Notes: generated from the letters alone by a model not told the origin. DNA of 64,000 bases from an uncultured Planctomycetota bacterium (GCA_963719315.1 CAVRBU010000010.1:42217-106216), one strand, 5' to 3'. Shown: positions 50,404 to 62,800, numbered from the stretch's first letter. Numbers and translations are program-made.

Positions 50404-51420
50404 TCACTTGGCATTCGCGTAGACGATGAGTGCCAGGCCGATGACGAACAAGGCAAACATGAACGCGAGCAGGCCATTCGTGCCTGCCCGCGCATTTTTG
50501 AATTCCTTCCAAATAAACACACCCCAGAGTGCGGCGACCAACGTCGCGCCTTGACCCAATCCGTAAGAAATGGCATAGCCAGCGGCATCCCCGGCAAGAA
50601 TTGCAAACGACATTCCCACACCCCAGATCATGCCGCCGATGATGCCAACCACGTGTAGCCTAATGCTCCCTTTCGTGAAGTAATCGCTAAAAGGCACCGG
50701 TTCACCGACAAACGGTTTCATCATCACCAACGAGTTGACGACAAAGCTCGACAAGAACAGACCCAGCGCAAAAAACACTAAAGCCGTATAAGGGGTCAAC
50801 TTCCCCGCCATCTCAGGATCGACAATATGGCTGAGCGGTTGTGGCATAGCCGTTGCTACAAATTGAAAGAACTGTCCCATGAGCACGCCGCAAAGAATGG
50901 ATAGGACAATTCCCTTGACCGTCGTTTTTTGGCCAGTTGAAGGAATTCGCCGATAGGCCAACGCATCTAGTATGATTGCCGCAGCCACGCACGCCACACC
51001 GGTAAACAACAAAACGGGATTGCCGGACGGATCGACGCGATAGGTCATGATGACGCCGATCACCAAGGCCAATCCAATTCCAATCGGGAAGGCCACGGCC
51101 ATTCCAGCAATGTCGATTGCGGCGACCAACAGAATGTTCGCGATGTTGAAAACGACGCCGCCCAGCATTGCGTATCCGACATACTTGCCCTGGGCCTGTC
51201 GCAGGTCATTCAGGAAGCTTCGTTCATGATCGCCGGTGCTGCCGAGCGTGAACGCGAATAGCAACGTCAATAACAAAACACCGAGGCAATAGTCCCAATA
51301 AAAGAGTTGGAACCGCCACTCTTTGCTGGCCAGCTTTTGGGTGTTGGCCCACGATCCCCAGCAGATCATCGTGATGATGCACATCAACACGGCGAGAGGA
51401 TATGAATGAACGAGCACCAT
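50404..51420 (-). CDS. DMT-superfamily glucose/ribose porter (GRP)-like transporter
   Basis: CWGSWANT, FYWDY, AGMAVAFP, ISYGLGQG, WGVFIWKEF. Confidence 0.8.
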   Translation of the reverse strand: MVLVHSYPLAVLMCIITMICWGSWANTQKLASKEWRFQLFYWDYCLGVLLLTLLFAFTLGSTGDHERSFLNDLRQAQGKYVGYAMLGGVVFNIANILLVAAIDIAGMAVAFPIGIGLALVIGVIMTYRVDPSGNPVLLFTGVACVAAAIILDALAYRRIPSTGQKTTVKGIVLSILCGVLMGQFFQFVATAMPQPLSHIVDPEMAGKLTPYTALVFFALGLFLSSFVVNSLVMMKPFVGEPVPFSDYFTKGSIRLHVVGIIGGMIWGVGMSFAILAGDAAGYAISYGLGQGATLVAALWGVFIWKEFKNARAGTNGLLAFMFALFVIGLALIVYANAK

Positions 51421-51487
51421 ATCTGCGATCCGCAAAAAAGTCGCTTTGTATCTAGTCGCGATTGTTTCTCACGTCGCCGGCGCTTGA

Positions 51488-53029
51488 CTACTTCGCGAGA
51501 TACACGATGGCCCGAGTGATCATGATTCTATGTCCCGAACTGTGCGGATCGGCGTCTTTGCGTATCACCAAACGCATCGCATGTTGGCCCGGCGTCAAGC
51601 CGTGGATCCGCCACAGGTCGACATCGTGCGTGTTGGGCATGATGTAGTTGTCGGCAACGACATCGCTCTTTACGCCATCCACATAAACGTCGGCGCGGCC
51701 GCCATTATCGGAAAGATTGCCGGCTAGGGCCAGTCCCGTGCCGCTGAACTTGAGCGTTGCTTCGCTGCCCGGTGTGTCGCTCGCCTTGGCCTGTTGCTTG
51801 TGGTGGTCCTGCGTATCAATCCACTTCCCTTGCCAAAGCCAGGCCGGGTTCTCGGCGCGAAACACTTTCACGGGGACGCCAAAGTTCGCCAATTCGAGTT
51901 TGGGCGGTTTGGGCGATTGCTCCGGAATCACGACTTCCTTATCGGTCACGGTGCCGCCGGCCTGGCGAATGACTTCCGAGGCCCGCTTTTCGGTCGATTT
52001 CACAATGTCGTTGAATGAGTAGTGGGTATGGCTGAATTTCCTGTCGGCCAGCTTGGCGAGCTCCGCTTTGTCGTGTTCGGGTAGCTTATCATAGCCGAGC
52101 ATCGCGCCGAGTATGCCGAGGGCGGTGGACGGATTGCAGTCGGCATCCTGACCGCAGCGAGTTGCGATCTCCATGGTCTGCTGCCAATCGCGCTTCCCGT
52201 ACAGCAAACCCATTGCGACGTACCCGCCGTTGAGTTTGGCATCGATGTTGAACGGGCGATTGACACCATCGGGGCAAACGTCGTTCTTGTCCCACTTGTC
52301 TTCGATTTTCTGCCACACCTTTCGCCAATCTGGTTCCTTTTCCGACCACGCAAGCACGTCGGCGATGAGCTTCGCATAGGGACTCTCCGCAGGTATGCAG
52401 GCCAGGCCGGCCTCGACGACCTTCCGCGGGTCGTCTGCGAAATAGGCCGAGGCGTACATGCCGGCCACAAACATCCCGCCGTATAGACCGTCGCCGTAAT
52501 TCATCACGCGACCGACGCGCTCGCAGTACTTGTTCGACACTTGGGGCAGACCCGGGCACATCGTACCGATGAAGTCGGCCTCGATCTGAAAATCGATGTC
52601 GTCGCTGTGCAAATTGTATATGGGGTTGCCGGACAATGGCGCCGGAATGCCCCGATTGAGATTGCGGCGGGCGGCCGCGTTGGCGTGCCAGAGTTGGTAT
52701 TTTGAGTCCTTGAACGCTTCGCCGTAATCGGCGGTGGTCGCGTCGAGGCCAACCGTGTCCATGACGTGGGCGAACGTCATCTCGACATAGAGGTCGTCCT
52801 GGTCAATCGCGTTGGAAAGATCGTTCCCTTTGAACTCGGTGTCATTGATCTTACCCAGGAATTTGAACTCAACCGGCGCGCCATACGACACGCCGATCAT
52901 TTGCGCGGCCCAAGCGCCGCGAATCTTGTCGCGCAGCGCCTCGCGCGAAAGATGCCGCACGAGTTCCGCGTGAATGTGCGCGGCGGGCAAAATCGTCAGC
53001 AACAGCACAATGATCTGATGGCTTCTCAT
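51488..53029 (-). CDS. Secreted ADP-ribosylglycohydrolase-family protein
   Basis: Signal peptide, DKIRGAW...GAPVEF, DQDD, GQDADCN; C-terminal beta-sandwich. Confidence 0.85.
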   Translation of the reverse strand: MRSHQIIVLLLTILPAAHIHAELVRHLSREALRDKIRGAWAAQMIGVSYGAPVEFKFLGKINDTEFKGNDLSNAIDQDDLYVEMTFAHVMDTVGLDATTADYGEAFKDSKYQLWHANAAARRNLNRGIPAPLSGNPIYNLHSDDIDFQIEADFIGTMCPGLPQVSNKYCERVGRVMNYGDGLYGGMFVAGMYASAYFADDPRKVVEAGLACIPAESPYAKLIADVLAWSEKEPDWRKVWQKIEDKWDKNDVCPDGVNRPFNIDAKLNGGYVAMGLLYGKRDWQQTMEIATRCGQDADCNPSTALGILGAMLGYDKLPEHDKAELAKLADRKFSHTHYSFNDIVKSTEKRASEVIRQAGGTVTDKEVVIPEQSPKPPKLELANFGVPVKVFRAENPAWLWQGKWIDTQDHHKQQAKASDTPGSEATLKFSGTGLALAGNLSDNGGRADVYVDGVKSDVVADNYIMPNTHDVDLWRIHGLTPGQHAMRLVIRKDADPHSSGHRIMITRAIVYLAK

Positions 53030-53161
53030 AGAAATCGCAAGATTGGAGGTTGTGCCGAACGACCACGGATGTGTGGGTGCCACTGGCTTAGCCATTGTGT
53101 CCCTTCCGCGTTCAAGGCACTGGCACAGCCAGTGGCACCCAATCCAGAGTCCGGGCAAGTT

Positions 53162-54198
53162 CTAAGAATTCCGCCTTCTGGGAGGTCCGATAGATTCGCG
53201 TACAACGAATTCGACGGGCACTCGATGTAACAGTTTTTGCGGCTTATGTCCCGTGCGAATCTGCTCGATCAGCAGTGCGGCCGCCGTACGACCGATCGCT
53301 TCGATATCCTGCCGGATTACGCTCAGCGGCGATGCCAGGTATTCGGCAAATGGCGCATCGTCGAATGTTACCAGCGAGATATCGTATGGAACCTTGAGCT
53401 TGCGTTCGGCAAATGCGCAGAGCGCCCGAGAGCGTTTTGATTACTCAACGCAAACAGGCCGGACAATTCCGGATGCTCTTCCAATAACTCGCAACTCGAG
53501 CGGTAGCCGGACGCTTCGCTGAAATCGTCGCCGCGAATCAGGGTTGCAATCGGTTCGATCTGATTGGCCCGGAGAGCCTGCCGGAATCCCTGCAATCGTT
53601 CATCGTTGGCCGAGGTGCCCGGACGACCTTGCAGGCATCCGATCTGCCTGTGCCCTTTTTCGATCATCGCGTTGGTGGCCGTAAAAGCGCCGTGCTCGTT
53701 CTCCGACGTGACCGTCGTCAACTGCAGGTCGGGAAACCAGCGGTCGACTACGACCACGTTGACGCCGGTTTGTTGCAGCCGGCGCAAATGGGAACTCGAT
53801 TCACCAATGGGGCAGACAATCAGCCCTTCAACCTGCCGCGACTTGAGGTGCGTCAATAAGTCTTTTTCTTTTTCAATCGAGTCGTGGCTGTCTGCCAATA
53901 GTGTGGATAGCCCGTGCCGCTCCGCATAGAACGTCGCCTTTCGCGCGACGGCCGCAAAAAACGGGTTGGAGGCGTCTGGCACCAAGAGCCCGATCAAACC
54001 GGTCCGCTGCGTGCGGAGCGAACGGGCCACGTGGCTGGCCTGAAACCCCAAACCCTTGGCCGCCTTCAGGATTGCTTGCTCGGTTTTTTCGCTGATGCGG
54101 CACTGGCGAGCCTTCCCGGCCAGAGCCCGCGAGGCTGTGGACGGCGAAACACCGGCGACTTGTGCGACATGCTCCAGCGTTACGGGCCCCGTTGCCAT
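53162..54198 (-). CDS. LacI-family regulator, frameshift near 53425
   Basis: TLEHVAQVAGVSPSTASRAL HTH; other frame continues VPYDISLVTFDD...VVRES. Confidence 0.88.
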
Positions 54199-54234
54199 CT
54201 CAGATCCGATCCGAAAAATTTGGGAAAATTCACT

Positions 54235-54252
54235 TGCACAATCGATTGTGCA
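54235..54252. promoter_or_regulatory. LacI-family operator candidate
   Basis: Perfect 18-bp palindrome TGCACAATCGATTGTGCA with central CG, 37 bp upstream of the lacI-like gene in a divergent intergenic region. Confidence 0.75.
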
Positions 54253-54481
54253 CTGGCATAATAACCGGTGTCAAGCGGAAAATCAACAAGTTTGTGCGCG
54301 GCGGCGCGGAGAGCGATGCGACAATCAAGATAAGTATTGCAATCGGTACGGCGGCTTCTCGTAACGACTAACGCATGTCGATCGTGCGAATTCGATTGGT
54401 AAACGGGGATCAGGTGTTGGCCCGTTCGTTTTGCCAATTTCGGCGAAACTTGACGACTCCTTGCAATTGAGGGAATCAGCT

Positions 54482-56023
54482 ATGGCGCGTCACTACTCTA
54501 CTTGCCGGCTTGCAATCTCGACTCTAGGCATTCTGATGGCTGTTGCGTGGAGTACCTCGGCCGCGCTCGGGCAATACACTTTCGTCCAGGATTCCGTCGA
54601 CGCCATAGGGAATTGGGACGACGTCGCAAATTGGACTGATGGTGGCACTAACACGACCTATCCCAACGCACCCGGCGCGACGGTTCTTTTCAACAACCCG
54701 ATTAAGTCACCCTCCGTCGGAACATACACACTCACTCTTCCCGCAACAGACGTAACCGTCGGCGAGTTCACAATCGATAATACAGGCTTCGCAAACACTA
54801 ATAGAGACTTATTTGCCAACGGCGGCGGCAAGCTCATTTTCCAATCTACCTCGGGTCCAGCCAAGTATATTGAAACACCCAATACCGGGACTGCGCCCGC
54901 AAACACGCAGAACCAGATCCAAACCGACGTGATGTTGCTATCGGACCTGGAAATTACACAGGATAATTATCCAAACCTGAACACCGGCACTATCTTCACA
55001 GGCCTCATCTATGGCGACTCAACCAAGACAATAACCAAGAAAGGCGCCGGCGGTATTCAATTCAACTACGCCTTCACGCTCGGTGCTGGCGAGGGGTATG
55101 AAGGTCAATTCGTGGTCGAGAATGGCTCAATTCGGTTGATCAATTCGTCGTCTGCCATCGCCAAGTCAACAGGCTTCACCGTCCTGTCCGGCGGCCAACT
55201 GCAGTTGGCAGATAACGCGGGGACAGCGGTACCCGACTATAGTCTGGCTAGCGGCGCCGTTCTAAACCTCAACGGCCCTGGCAGGGCCACCGGTCAATCG
55301 AATCCCGACGGAGCATTGCGGTTCGGGATTACCCAATCGGGCCGTACCGAGACGTTCCATAGTCCGGTCAATCTTCAATCCGATTCTCACATCGTCGTGG
55401 CCGCCACAAACACCTTCGGCGTGTTCGACCAAGACATTTCCGGTCCAGGCGACCTTGTCAAGACTGGTGCCGGCCAACTCACCCTCACCAGTAACTTTTC
55501 ATATACCGGCGACACTCAGGTCACATCAGGCACCTTGAGTATCACCAATCCAGATCTTGCCAATGCTGCTGATGTGTATATGACTACCGGTGCCATTTTC
55601 GATCTCAGTTTTGCCGCCACGGATACAATTCGCGCGTTGTACTTCGACGGCGTGCCGCAACCGATTGGCACCTATGGGGCGACTGGCTCGGGTGCCAATA
55701 ACATAAACGACACTTTCTTTACCGGCACTGGCGTTCTGGATGTGACGACGCTCCCTGTGATTGGGGTGCCAGGTGACTACAACAACAACGGTGTTGTGGA
55801 CGCCGCCGACTATGTTCTCTGGCGCCACGGCGGACCGCTGCAAAACGAAGTGGACACCCCAAACGTCGTCAACCAGCAGGATTATGTGGAGTGGCGTGCT
55901 CGCTTCGGTAATACGTCGGGCAGCGGCAGTTTGGTCCTATCCGCAGCCGTACCCGAGCCGACTACGATCCTACTAACGATTCTCGCCCTGTCCGCACTCA
56001 TAGTTTCGTCGAGGAACCGATGA
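54482..56023 (+). CDS. PEP-CTERM protein with autotransporter-associated beta-strand repeats and dockerin-like module
   Basis: LVKTGAGQLTL..SYTGDTQVTSGTL; GDYNNNGVVDAADY; VPEPTT. Confidence 0.88.
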   Translation: MARHYSTCRLAISTLGILMAVAWSTSAALGQYTFVQDSVDAIGNWDDVANWTDGGTNTTYPNAPGATVLFNNPIKSPSVGTYTLTLPATDVTVGEFTIDNTGFANTNRDLFANGGGKLIFQSTSGPAKYIETPNTGTAPANTQNQIQTDVMLLSDLEITQDNYPNLNTGTIFTGLIYGDSTKTITKKGAGGIQFNYAFTLGAGEGYEGQFVVENGSIRLINSSSAIAKSTGFTVLSGGQLQLADNAGTAVPDYSLASGAVLNLNGPGRATGQSNPDGALRFGITQSGRTETFHSPVNLQSDSHIVVAATNTFGVFDQDISGPGDLVKTGAGQLTLTSNFSYTGDTQVTSGTLSITNPDLANAADVYMTTGAIFDLSFAATDTIRALYFDGVPQPIGTYGATGSGANNINDTFFTGTGVLDVTTLPVIGVPGDYNNNGVVDAADYVLWRHGGPLQNEVDTPNVVNQQDYVEWRARFGNTSGSGSLVLSAAVPEPTTILLTILALSALIVSSRNR

Positions 56024-56101
56024 ATAATTGTTCGAGCGACTCTGGCTTGTGAGGGGCGTGTATCGCATGGAAGAGGCCTATGGTTTTTAGGAGTTAACCA
56101 A

Positions 56102-57165
56102 ATGCCGTATCGGTTGATTGGTCGTCGCATCGATAGGCCAGGGTTTACGCTTGTCGAATTGTTGGTCGTGATCGCCATCATTGGCATTCTTGTCGCGCTG
56201 CTGCTTCCAGCGATCCAGGCGGCGCGCGAGGCGGCCCGGCGGTCGCAGTGTTCGAACAATCTTCACAATCTCTCTTTGGCGTGCCTCAATTATGAAGCTG
56301 CCCAAAAGGAGTTCCCGTATGGTCGCCGGAGCGGTACCAGTTCGAATGGCAAAACGATTCCTCAATGGGGCCACTTGGCATACGTACTCAAATATGTCGA
56401 GGAGGATAGTACCTACTCGTTAATTGACTGGTCCCCCGGCGTTGGGTTAGCGAATAGCCCCGCGAAATTTCAAAAGCCAACGATTCTCTATTGTCCTTCG
56501 GAGGGTGACGACCGGATGAACACTCCGGCATGCGCCCAAGCTGACAATTCTTGGCTTGATGTCGGCCGCTGCAACTATCGCGGCAACGGTGGCAGTAAGC
56601 CGGGGCGTACTACTCAGATTCCTGCTGTTGCGCCGCGCAGGACTATCGCGAAGATAACGACGGCATCTTTCTCACGAATGTCCCCGTGAAAATGAGGCAG
56701 GTGACTGACGGTACCTCGCACACGGCGCTTTACGCGGAATGCAGGCTCGGCGATGGCGACAACGGTGTAATAGAAACCCCGGCCGATTGGTTTCATATTT
56801 CCGGAACCAACCAATCGGCAGACGTTGTTTACACGAAGTGCTCGGGCGTAACCCCTGCGACCGGCGGCAATCAATGGAGCTGCGCCGGACGCAATTGGGT
56901 ACACGGCGATTACGCGACATCGCGTTACAATCACATTATGCCGCCCAACAGCTTATCTTGCACTCAGACTAGCTCTGGTTCGCTTACCGCAATTCCGATC
57001 AACGAAGACGGCGGCGCCCACACGGCCTCGAGCAAACATCCGGGCGGCGTGAATATGGCTACGGTGGATGGAGGCACGCACTTCGTCAGCGACAATATCG
57101 ATCACATAGTGTGGAGCGCCATTGGGTCGCGCAATGGTGAGGAAGTGGTTACCTACGGTTTCTGA
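56102..57165 (+). CDS. DUF1559 prepilin-type protein, frameshift near 56635
   Basis: [15 protein letters not shown]...; VTDGTSHT and [14 protein letters not shown] in next ORF. Confidence 0.9.
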
Positions 57166-58679
57166 TGCACACCATTGTAAAATCTTGTTCGCGTTCGATC
57201 TCGTGGCGAGCGACGAGTTTGCCGACGCACCGGATTGGCCTTTGCCTACTGCTGCACTTCGCAGCGCTCGTTGCCACCGCGCGAGAGGCCTGCGCAACTT
57301 TGGCGACGTCAGATGCCCAGCGACCGAACATCATCTTTATCCTCGCCGATGATTTGGGGTACGGCGACTTGGGCTGCTATGGGCAGAAGCGAATCAAGTC
57401 TCCGAACCTCGATCGGATGGCCTCAGAAGGACTCCGTTTTACAGACGCGTATGCGGGTGCCCCCGTATGCGCGCCCTGCCGCTGCGTGCTCATGACCGGC
57501 CTGCACCAGGGCCACGCGCACATTCGCGGCAACACGGATTACTGGCGACCAGGTGCGTCGCTAGTCGCCAGCGACCGCACCGTGGCTCGTGTCTTGAAAG
57601 ATGCCGGATACAACACCGGTGTGATTGGGAAATGGGGTTTGGGAGACGCGCAGAAAGCGCAGCCAGGGCTGCCGCGGCGACAGGGCTTCGACTATTTCTT
57701 CGGTTACCTGCGGCACGGTCACGCTCACAATTACTATCCCAGCTTCTTATGGCGAAATGAGTCCGTCGTCAAGCTGCCCAACGTGATCTCCGACGATCCT
57801 GCGTTTAAGAACAATGTCGCCGCAAAGAAGGTGCAATACAGCCACGACTTGTTCGCGGAAGACGCACTGAAGTTTGTACGGGACCACAAGACTGGTCCGT
57901 TTTTCCTATATTTGGCATTCACGATTCCGCATGCGAACGACCAGGCTGGGGAGAAGGGCATGGAAGTGCCCGCCTACGGTGAGTACGCGAATCTCGATTG
58001 GCCCGAACCGCAGAAGGGGTACGCGGCGATGGTTACTCGGATGGACCGCGACGTCGGCCGGCTTTTGGATTTATTGAAGGAACTAAAGCTGGACGACAAC
58101 ACGCTCGTGATGTTCACGTCGGACAATGGCCCCCATCGCGAAGGTGGCAACGATCCCGATTTCAATGACTCCAACGGTCCGCTGCGCGGCTACAAGGGCA
58201 ACGTGACCGAAGGGGGCATTCGCGAACCGATGATCGCTCGCTGGCCCGGCCACGTGCCGGCAGGTGCGTCAAGCGACTCTCCCGTCTACTTCGCCGACAT
58301 GATGCCGACGTTCGCCTCGCTCGGCGGCGGCAAGGCGCCGGCCGCAATCGACGGCGTCGATATCTCGCAGACATTATTGGGGGAGAACCAGCCAGAACTG
58401 TCCAAGCGGTTTCTCTATTGGGAGTTCGACCGGGACGGCGTGCTCGCTCAGTCGGCCCGGTGGGGCCAGTGGAAAGCCGTCCGCGATCCGAGATCTAAAA
58501 AACTGGAGCTCTACGATTTGGCGAACGACGTGGGCGAAAGCCACAACATCGCCTCTGAACATCCGGACATTGTTGCGAAATTCGTCGAGTATTTCCGCAC
58601 CGCACACAGTGACTCGTCGGATTGGCCGATGACTCTCAAAGCGGGCCGTGGAGCAAAGCCGGCCGCCGCGGCGCTGTGA
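57165..58679 (+). CDS. Arylsulfatase-family sulfatase
   Basis: PNIIFILADDLG, CAPCR, GKWG, SDNG. Confidence 0.93.
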   Translation: MHTIVKSCSRSISWRATSLPTHRIGLCLLLHFAALVATAREACATLATSDAQRPNIIFILADDLGYGDLGCYGQKRIKSPNLDRMASEGLRFTDAYAGAPVCAPCRCVLMTGLHQGHAHIRGNTDYWRPGASLVASDRTVARVLKDAGYNTGVIGKWGLGDAQKAQPGLPRRQGFDYFFGYLRHGHAHNYYPSFLWRNESVVKLPNVISDDPAFKNNVAAKKVQYSHDLFAEDALKFVRDHKTGPFFLYLAFTIPHANDQAGEKGMEVPAYGEYANLDWPEPQKGYAAMVTRMDRDVGRLLDLLKELKLDDNTLVMFTSDNGPHREGGNDPDFNDSNGPLRGYKGNVTEGGIREPMIARWPGHVPAGASSDSPVYFADMMPTFASLGGGKAPAAIDGVDISQTLLGENQPELSKRFLYWEFDRDGVLAQSARWGQWKAVRDPRSKKLELYDLANDVGESHNIASEHPDIVAKFVEYFRTAHSDSSDWPMTLKAGRGAKPAAAAL

Positions 58680-58967
58680 GGAGTCATATCGAGTGAACGA
58701 TGCAAGTGCTATTCAACATACAAAGGGCCCAGGTGGAATCGTCGGCGGCGCCGGGGCAGTCGCCGCAGTCTAGTATTTTAGCGAAAACCGTGTTGAACAA
58801 AACAAAAAGTTCGGAATGATTTCAGCCGTAATTACAATGAAGCATGAGACTTCCCGGATTGCCACGCACCTTGAGACAGAGGCAGCCTTGCGGCATCAGT
58901 GATTGGCATTGATGTATCGACGCGTTATTCCTTTTTTTGGCCCTAGAGGCTGACGGGAGACTGACTA

Positions 58968-59840
58968 ATGAAGATGACTTGCAACTTGATCGGCAGCGCG
59001 GTTGGTGCACTAGCAATTGTCACCTCGGCATCGTTGGCCCATGCCGCGACGATTCCCGTGACGAACTGGGTCGTTCACAACAGCGTGAGCGCGGTTACGG
59101 TGGATAATGCGGCGACCAATTCGCCGACGTTTACCGTCGCCGACGTGGGCACGAACAATGACACGATGTCCGTGATGGCGCCCTTCTCCAGCATTTCCTT
59201 GGCGAATGACGGCGACTATGTCAAGCTGACGACGACTGTGACGATGTCCAATCGTTCCACAACGGGCGTCAATACTCTCAATACGCAGCTTCGCTTTGGG
59301 CTATTCGACGGACCGGCGGGCACCGTCGTTGCAGGTGATTCGCCCAACTATGGAATCATCGCCCAGTATGCGAACTCCAACCAAGGTCACCTTAAAGTTT
59401 TCGAGCAATCGACCTCCGCGGCCGATCCGTTTGCCAGCGCGACTCAGATCGGAGATGTGTTGAGCGGCAATGTGGTCGCTGACCCAGAAAATGATTCGAT
59501 TAGCGGGGCGAACCCTTCCGCCTACTTCGAGATGACCCTCACTCGCAACGGTGCCAATCTCGACATTACCGGTCAGATTAGTGGTGGAAATTACCTGTCG
59601 ACCTTTTCCATTCCGGGATTCAATTCGGCAACCTTTCCCACAGGAGGCCCGTTCACCTTTGACCGCGTTGGCTTTTTCACGGGCAACAACGTCAACGCCC
59701 AAGATGGTTCCACCTTTGCGAACGTAACCATCGAAACCAACATCCCTGAACCTGCTTCCTGCCTGCTGTTCGCCGGTTTCGCGATCGGAGGTGTGCTGAT
59801 CGGTCGGCGGTCGCTGGGCGCTTCACGCCGCGGTAGCTAG
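58968..59840 (+). CDS. PEP-CTERM protein
   Basis: Signal peptide; IPEPAS + TM + RR. Confidence 0.88.
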   Translation: MKMTCNLIGSAVGALAIVTSASLAHAATIPVTNWVVHNSVSAVTVDNAATNSPTFTVADVGTNNDTMSVMAPFSSISLANDGDYVKLTTTVTMSNRSTTGVNTLNTQLRFGLFDGPAGTVVAGDSPNYGIIAQYANSNQGHLKVFEQSTSAADPFASATQIGDVLSGNVVADPENDSISGANPSAYFEMTLTRNGANLDITGQISGGNYLSTFSIPGFNSATFPTGGPFTFDRVGFFTGNNVNAQDGSTFANVTIETNIPEPASCLLFAGFAIGGVLIGRRSLGASRRGS

Positions 59841-59864
59841 ATGAGGTGACGACTCGGAGAGAGA

Positions 59865-62800
59865 ATGAGGCTCCTTTGTTTAGTAGGTTTTTGGGGGGCG
59901 TTGGCCTGCTCAACCCTGCCAGCGCTCTCTGTTTGCGCCGAATTTCCGCGCCCAAACATCATTCACATCTTCGCCGATGATTTGGGCTGGGGAAGTGTGG
60001 GCTTTAATGGCCAAACGCAAATCGCGACTCCCAATCTCGATGCCTTGGCCGCGGCCGGAATGCGGTTCACCAACTCGTATGCCTGCCCGGTATGTGCGGC
60101 TAGCCGAGCGACGCTGTACACCGGTTTCCACACGGGCCACACCAATGTCGACGGTAACAGCGAGTTGACCCAAGGCTTTCGCGCCAACGAAGTGATGACG
60201 GCCCAGGTGTTAGCCCCGGCCGGCTACACGTCAGCCGTGTTCGGCAAATGGGGATTCGGCGCCGACGGCGTGCGCACCATCGGCGGCAACGATCCCCTGC
60301 CGTCCATCACCACGCCCGACAGTTTGCCGACGAACCACGGCTTCGATGAGTTCTACGGTCTTCTGAACCACGGCGCCGCCCAAGACTACTTCTACCAATG
60401 GATGTGGCGCAGCGACTCGAGCCCACAAGGCGTTTCCGCCATTCCTAACAACGGTGGGCCGGGCGGCTCGGCACAATACACGCACGATCTGTTTGCGGCG
60501 CAATCCGAGCAGTTCGTCGCGGCCCACGCGGGCGACAGCGATCCGTTCTACATGCAGCTCAATTACACCATCCCGCACTGGGACATCGACGCCATCTCTG
60601 CCGCACCGGGCGGGTACGGCATTTACGCGAATAGTTTCGCGACGACCCAGGAAAAAGCTTATGCCGCGATGATCACACGGATGGATTCCAGCATCGGCGC
60701 GCTAATGGCTAAGCTGGATGATCCCAATGGCGACGGAAATCACGCCGACAGCATTCTAAACAACACGCTAGTGATGTTCACCTCTGACAACGGACCCAGC
60801 ACTGAAGACAATTCGCCGATCGACTATTTCAATGCCAATGGCCAATTTCGCGGGGGCAAATTCGAGCTCTACGAAGGCGGCATCCACATGCCGGCTGTCG
60901 CATACTGGAAGGGCACGATAGTACCCGGCTCTGTGAGCGATTACCGCACCGACCTCACTGATTTCATGGCGACGGCGGCCGACCTGGCCGGCGTCGAAGC
61001 GCCCGTTGGCATCGATGGCACGTCGCTCGCCCCCATCCTTACTGGCGAAGGACATCTACGTCAGCGCGACTATCTTGTGTTCGAGCACCAAGGTGCCGCG
61101 GGCGCTGACCCCGATCCACGAATTGGTCGCTGGGCGGTTATCCGCCAGGATGGCATGAAGCTGATTCGCTATGACGACGAATCGTCGGTCCTATACAACT
61201 TGATTACCGATCCAAGCGAGAGTTCGCCGCTAAACCTCGCGATTCCCGCGAACGCGCAAATCGCGATGGAGCTGGAGGCCGATGCGATTGCCGAGGACGT
61301 AACGCGGGGCTCGGTCCAATATCGCACGTGGTCCGGTCCCAATGGCGGCTCGCTGCAAGATGCCCAACATTGGTCGTCGCCGACCGCGCCGGACCGCTAC
61401 TGGTCTGCCGTGGTTGCCAATACCACGGCCTCGCCGGCGATCGCCCACGTTACCGCCGATGTAACCACGCTCGGCGTTGAGATTCGCGGACAATCGAGCT
61501 TGCAGGTGGTTAACGTGCACGAAGGTAAGACCCTTACTGGCCTTAACGAAGTGCGAATCGGCGCATACGGCCGTATCGACTTAGACAACGGCATGCTTTC
61601 AAGCAGTCGCTGGGTCAATGTGCGAGCGGGCGGCGAGGTGCGGGGGCAAGGCGATGTCGTCGGCGACGTGTACAACGCAGGCGTTGTGTCCCCTGGTCGG
61701 CCCAGCGGAGATCCGACGTGGCCGATTGCTCTGCCGCCAGCACTGCCGCCCAGTTCGTTGAGCACCGGTGTCGTGACTGCGGCCACTTTCAATTTCGCCG
61801 GTGTGCAAGACGACGTGCCAGTGAACGCAACGTCCGCGCAAAGCGCTTACGTTGAGGTTTCCCACGGATTGGACTTTGGTCCCCGAAATGTGGGCCCCAG
61901 CGTGGGGCCGCGCTGGGGCTCCGGCGGCACCAACGCCGGCAATGAGCTCAACCTAATCGGATTCAATGCCACGACATTGGCGCAAGCAATCGCGAACGAC
62001 GACTATATCACTTTCAGCGTCGACCCCGTAACCGGCGCTGGCATCGTTCCAAATACTGTCAGCTTCCAACTCTGGCGCAATGGCAATCTTACGACGGGCA
62101 ATTCTGCGGCCCCTCGGAATTTTGCGATCTTTTCCAGCGTGAAAGGTTTTACCGCGAGCGACGTGCTCGCGCAGGCGAGCTACACCGATTTCGGTGACAA
62201 GGACAACCACGCCACCGTGCAACACACGCTGATTGCCAATCTGCCGGCGATCGTTGATGCGATCGATGTTCCCACCGAGTATCGCCTATACGCCTGGAAC
62301 GCCACAGCAGCTACCGGCAATTTTCACGTGAATGCTGCATCGCTTTCCGCCAAATTCGTCGGCGTACCGACGTTGGAGTTCAACTTTTCAGGCGTGCAAG
62401 ATGGGGCGCCGCTGACAGCTCTCAAGCGGCAGGACATCAACCTAGCGCTCACCACGGGACTCGCCTTCGGCGCCGGTGTCACACCGAGCGGAACCAACAA
62501 CGTGGGCAATGAGTTCCATGTCGCCGGTTTCTCCACCGGCAGCACCGCGCAGTCCGCCATCGATGGCTCCGACTATTTGAGCTTTGCAGTCACGCCGATC
62601 GCGGGAATGGCGATGATCCCCGATAGTGTAAGCTTTACGCTCTGGCGACAAGGCAGCGGTTCGGCAATCGATTACGCCGTTTATTCTAGCCTCGGCGGCT
62701 TCGCTTCAGGTCAGCAGTTGGCACAAACCCATCTTACAACGATTGGAGCGGCCAACCAGATCGCTCTCGGTGGTTCGTTCGCGTCCGTCCAACCGACGAC

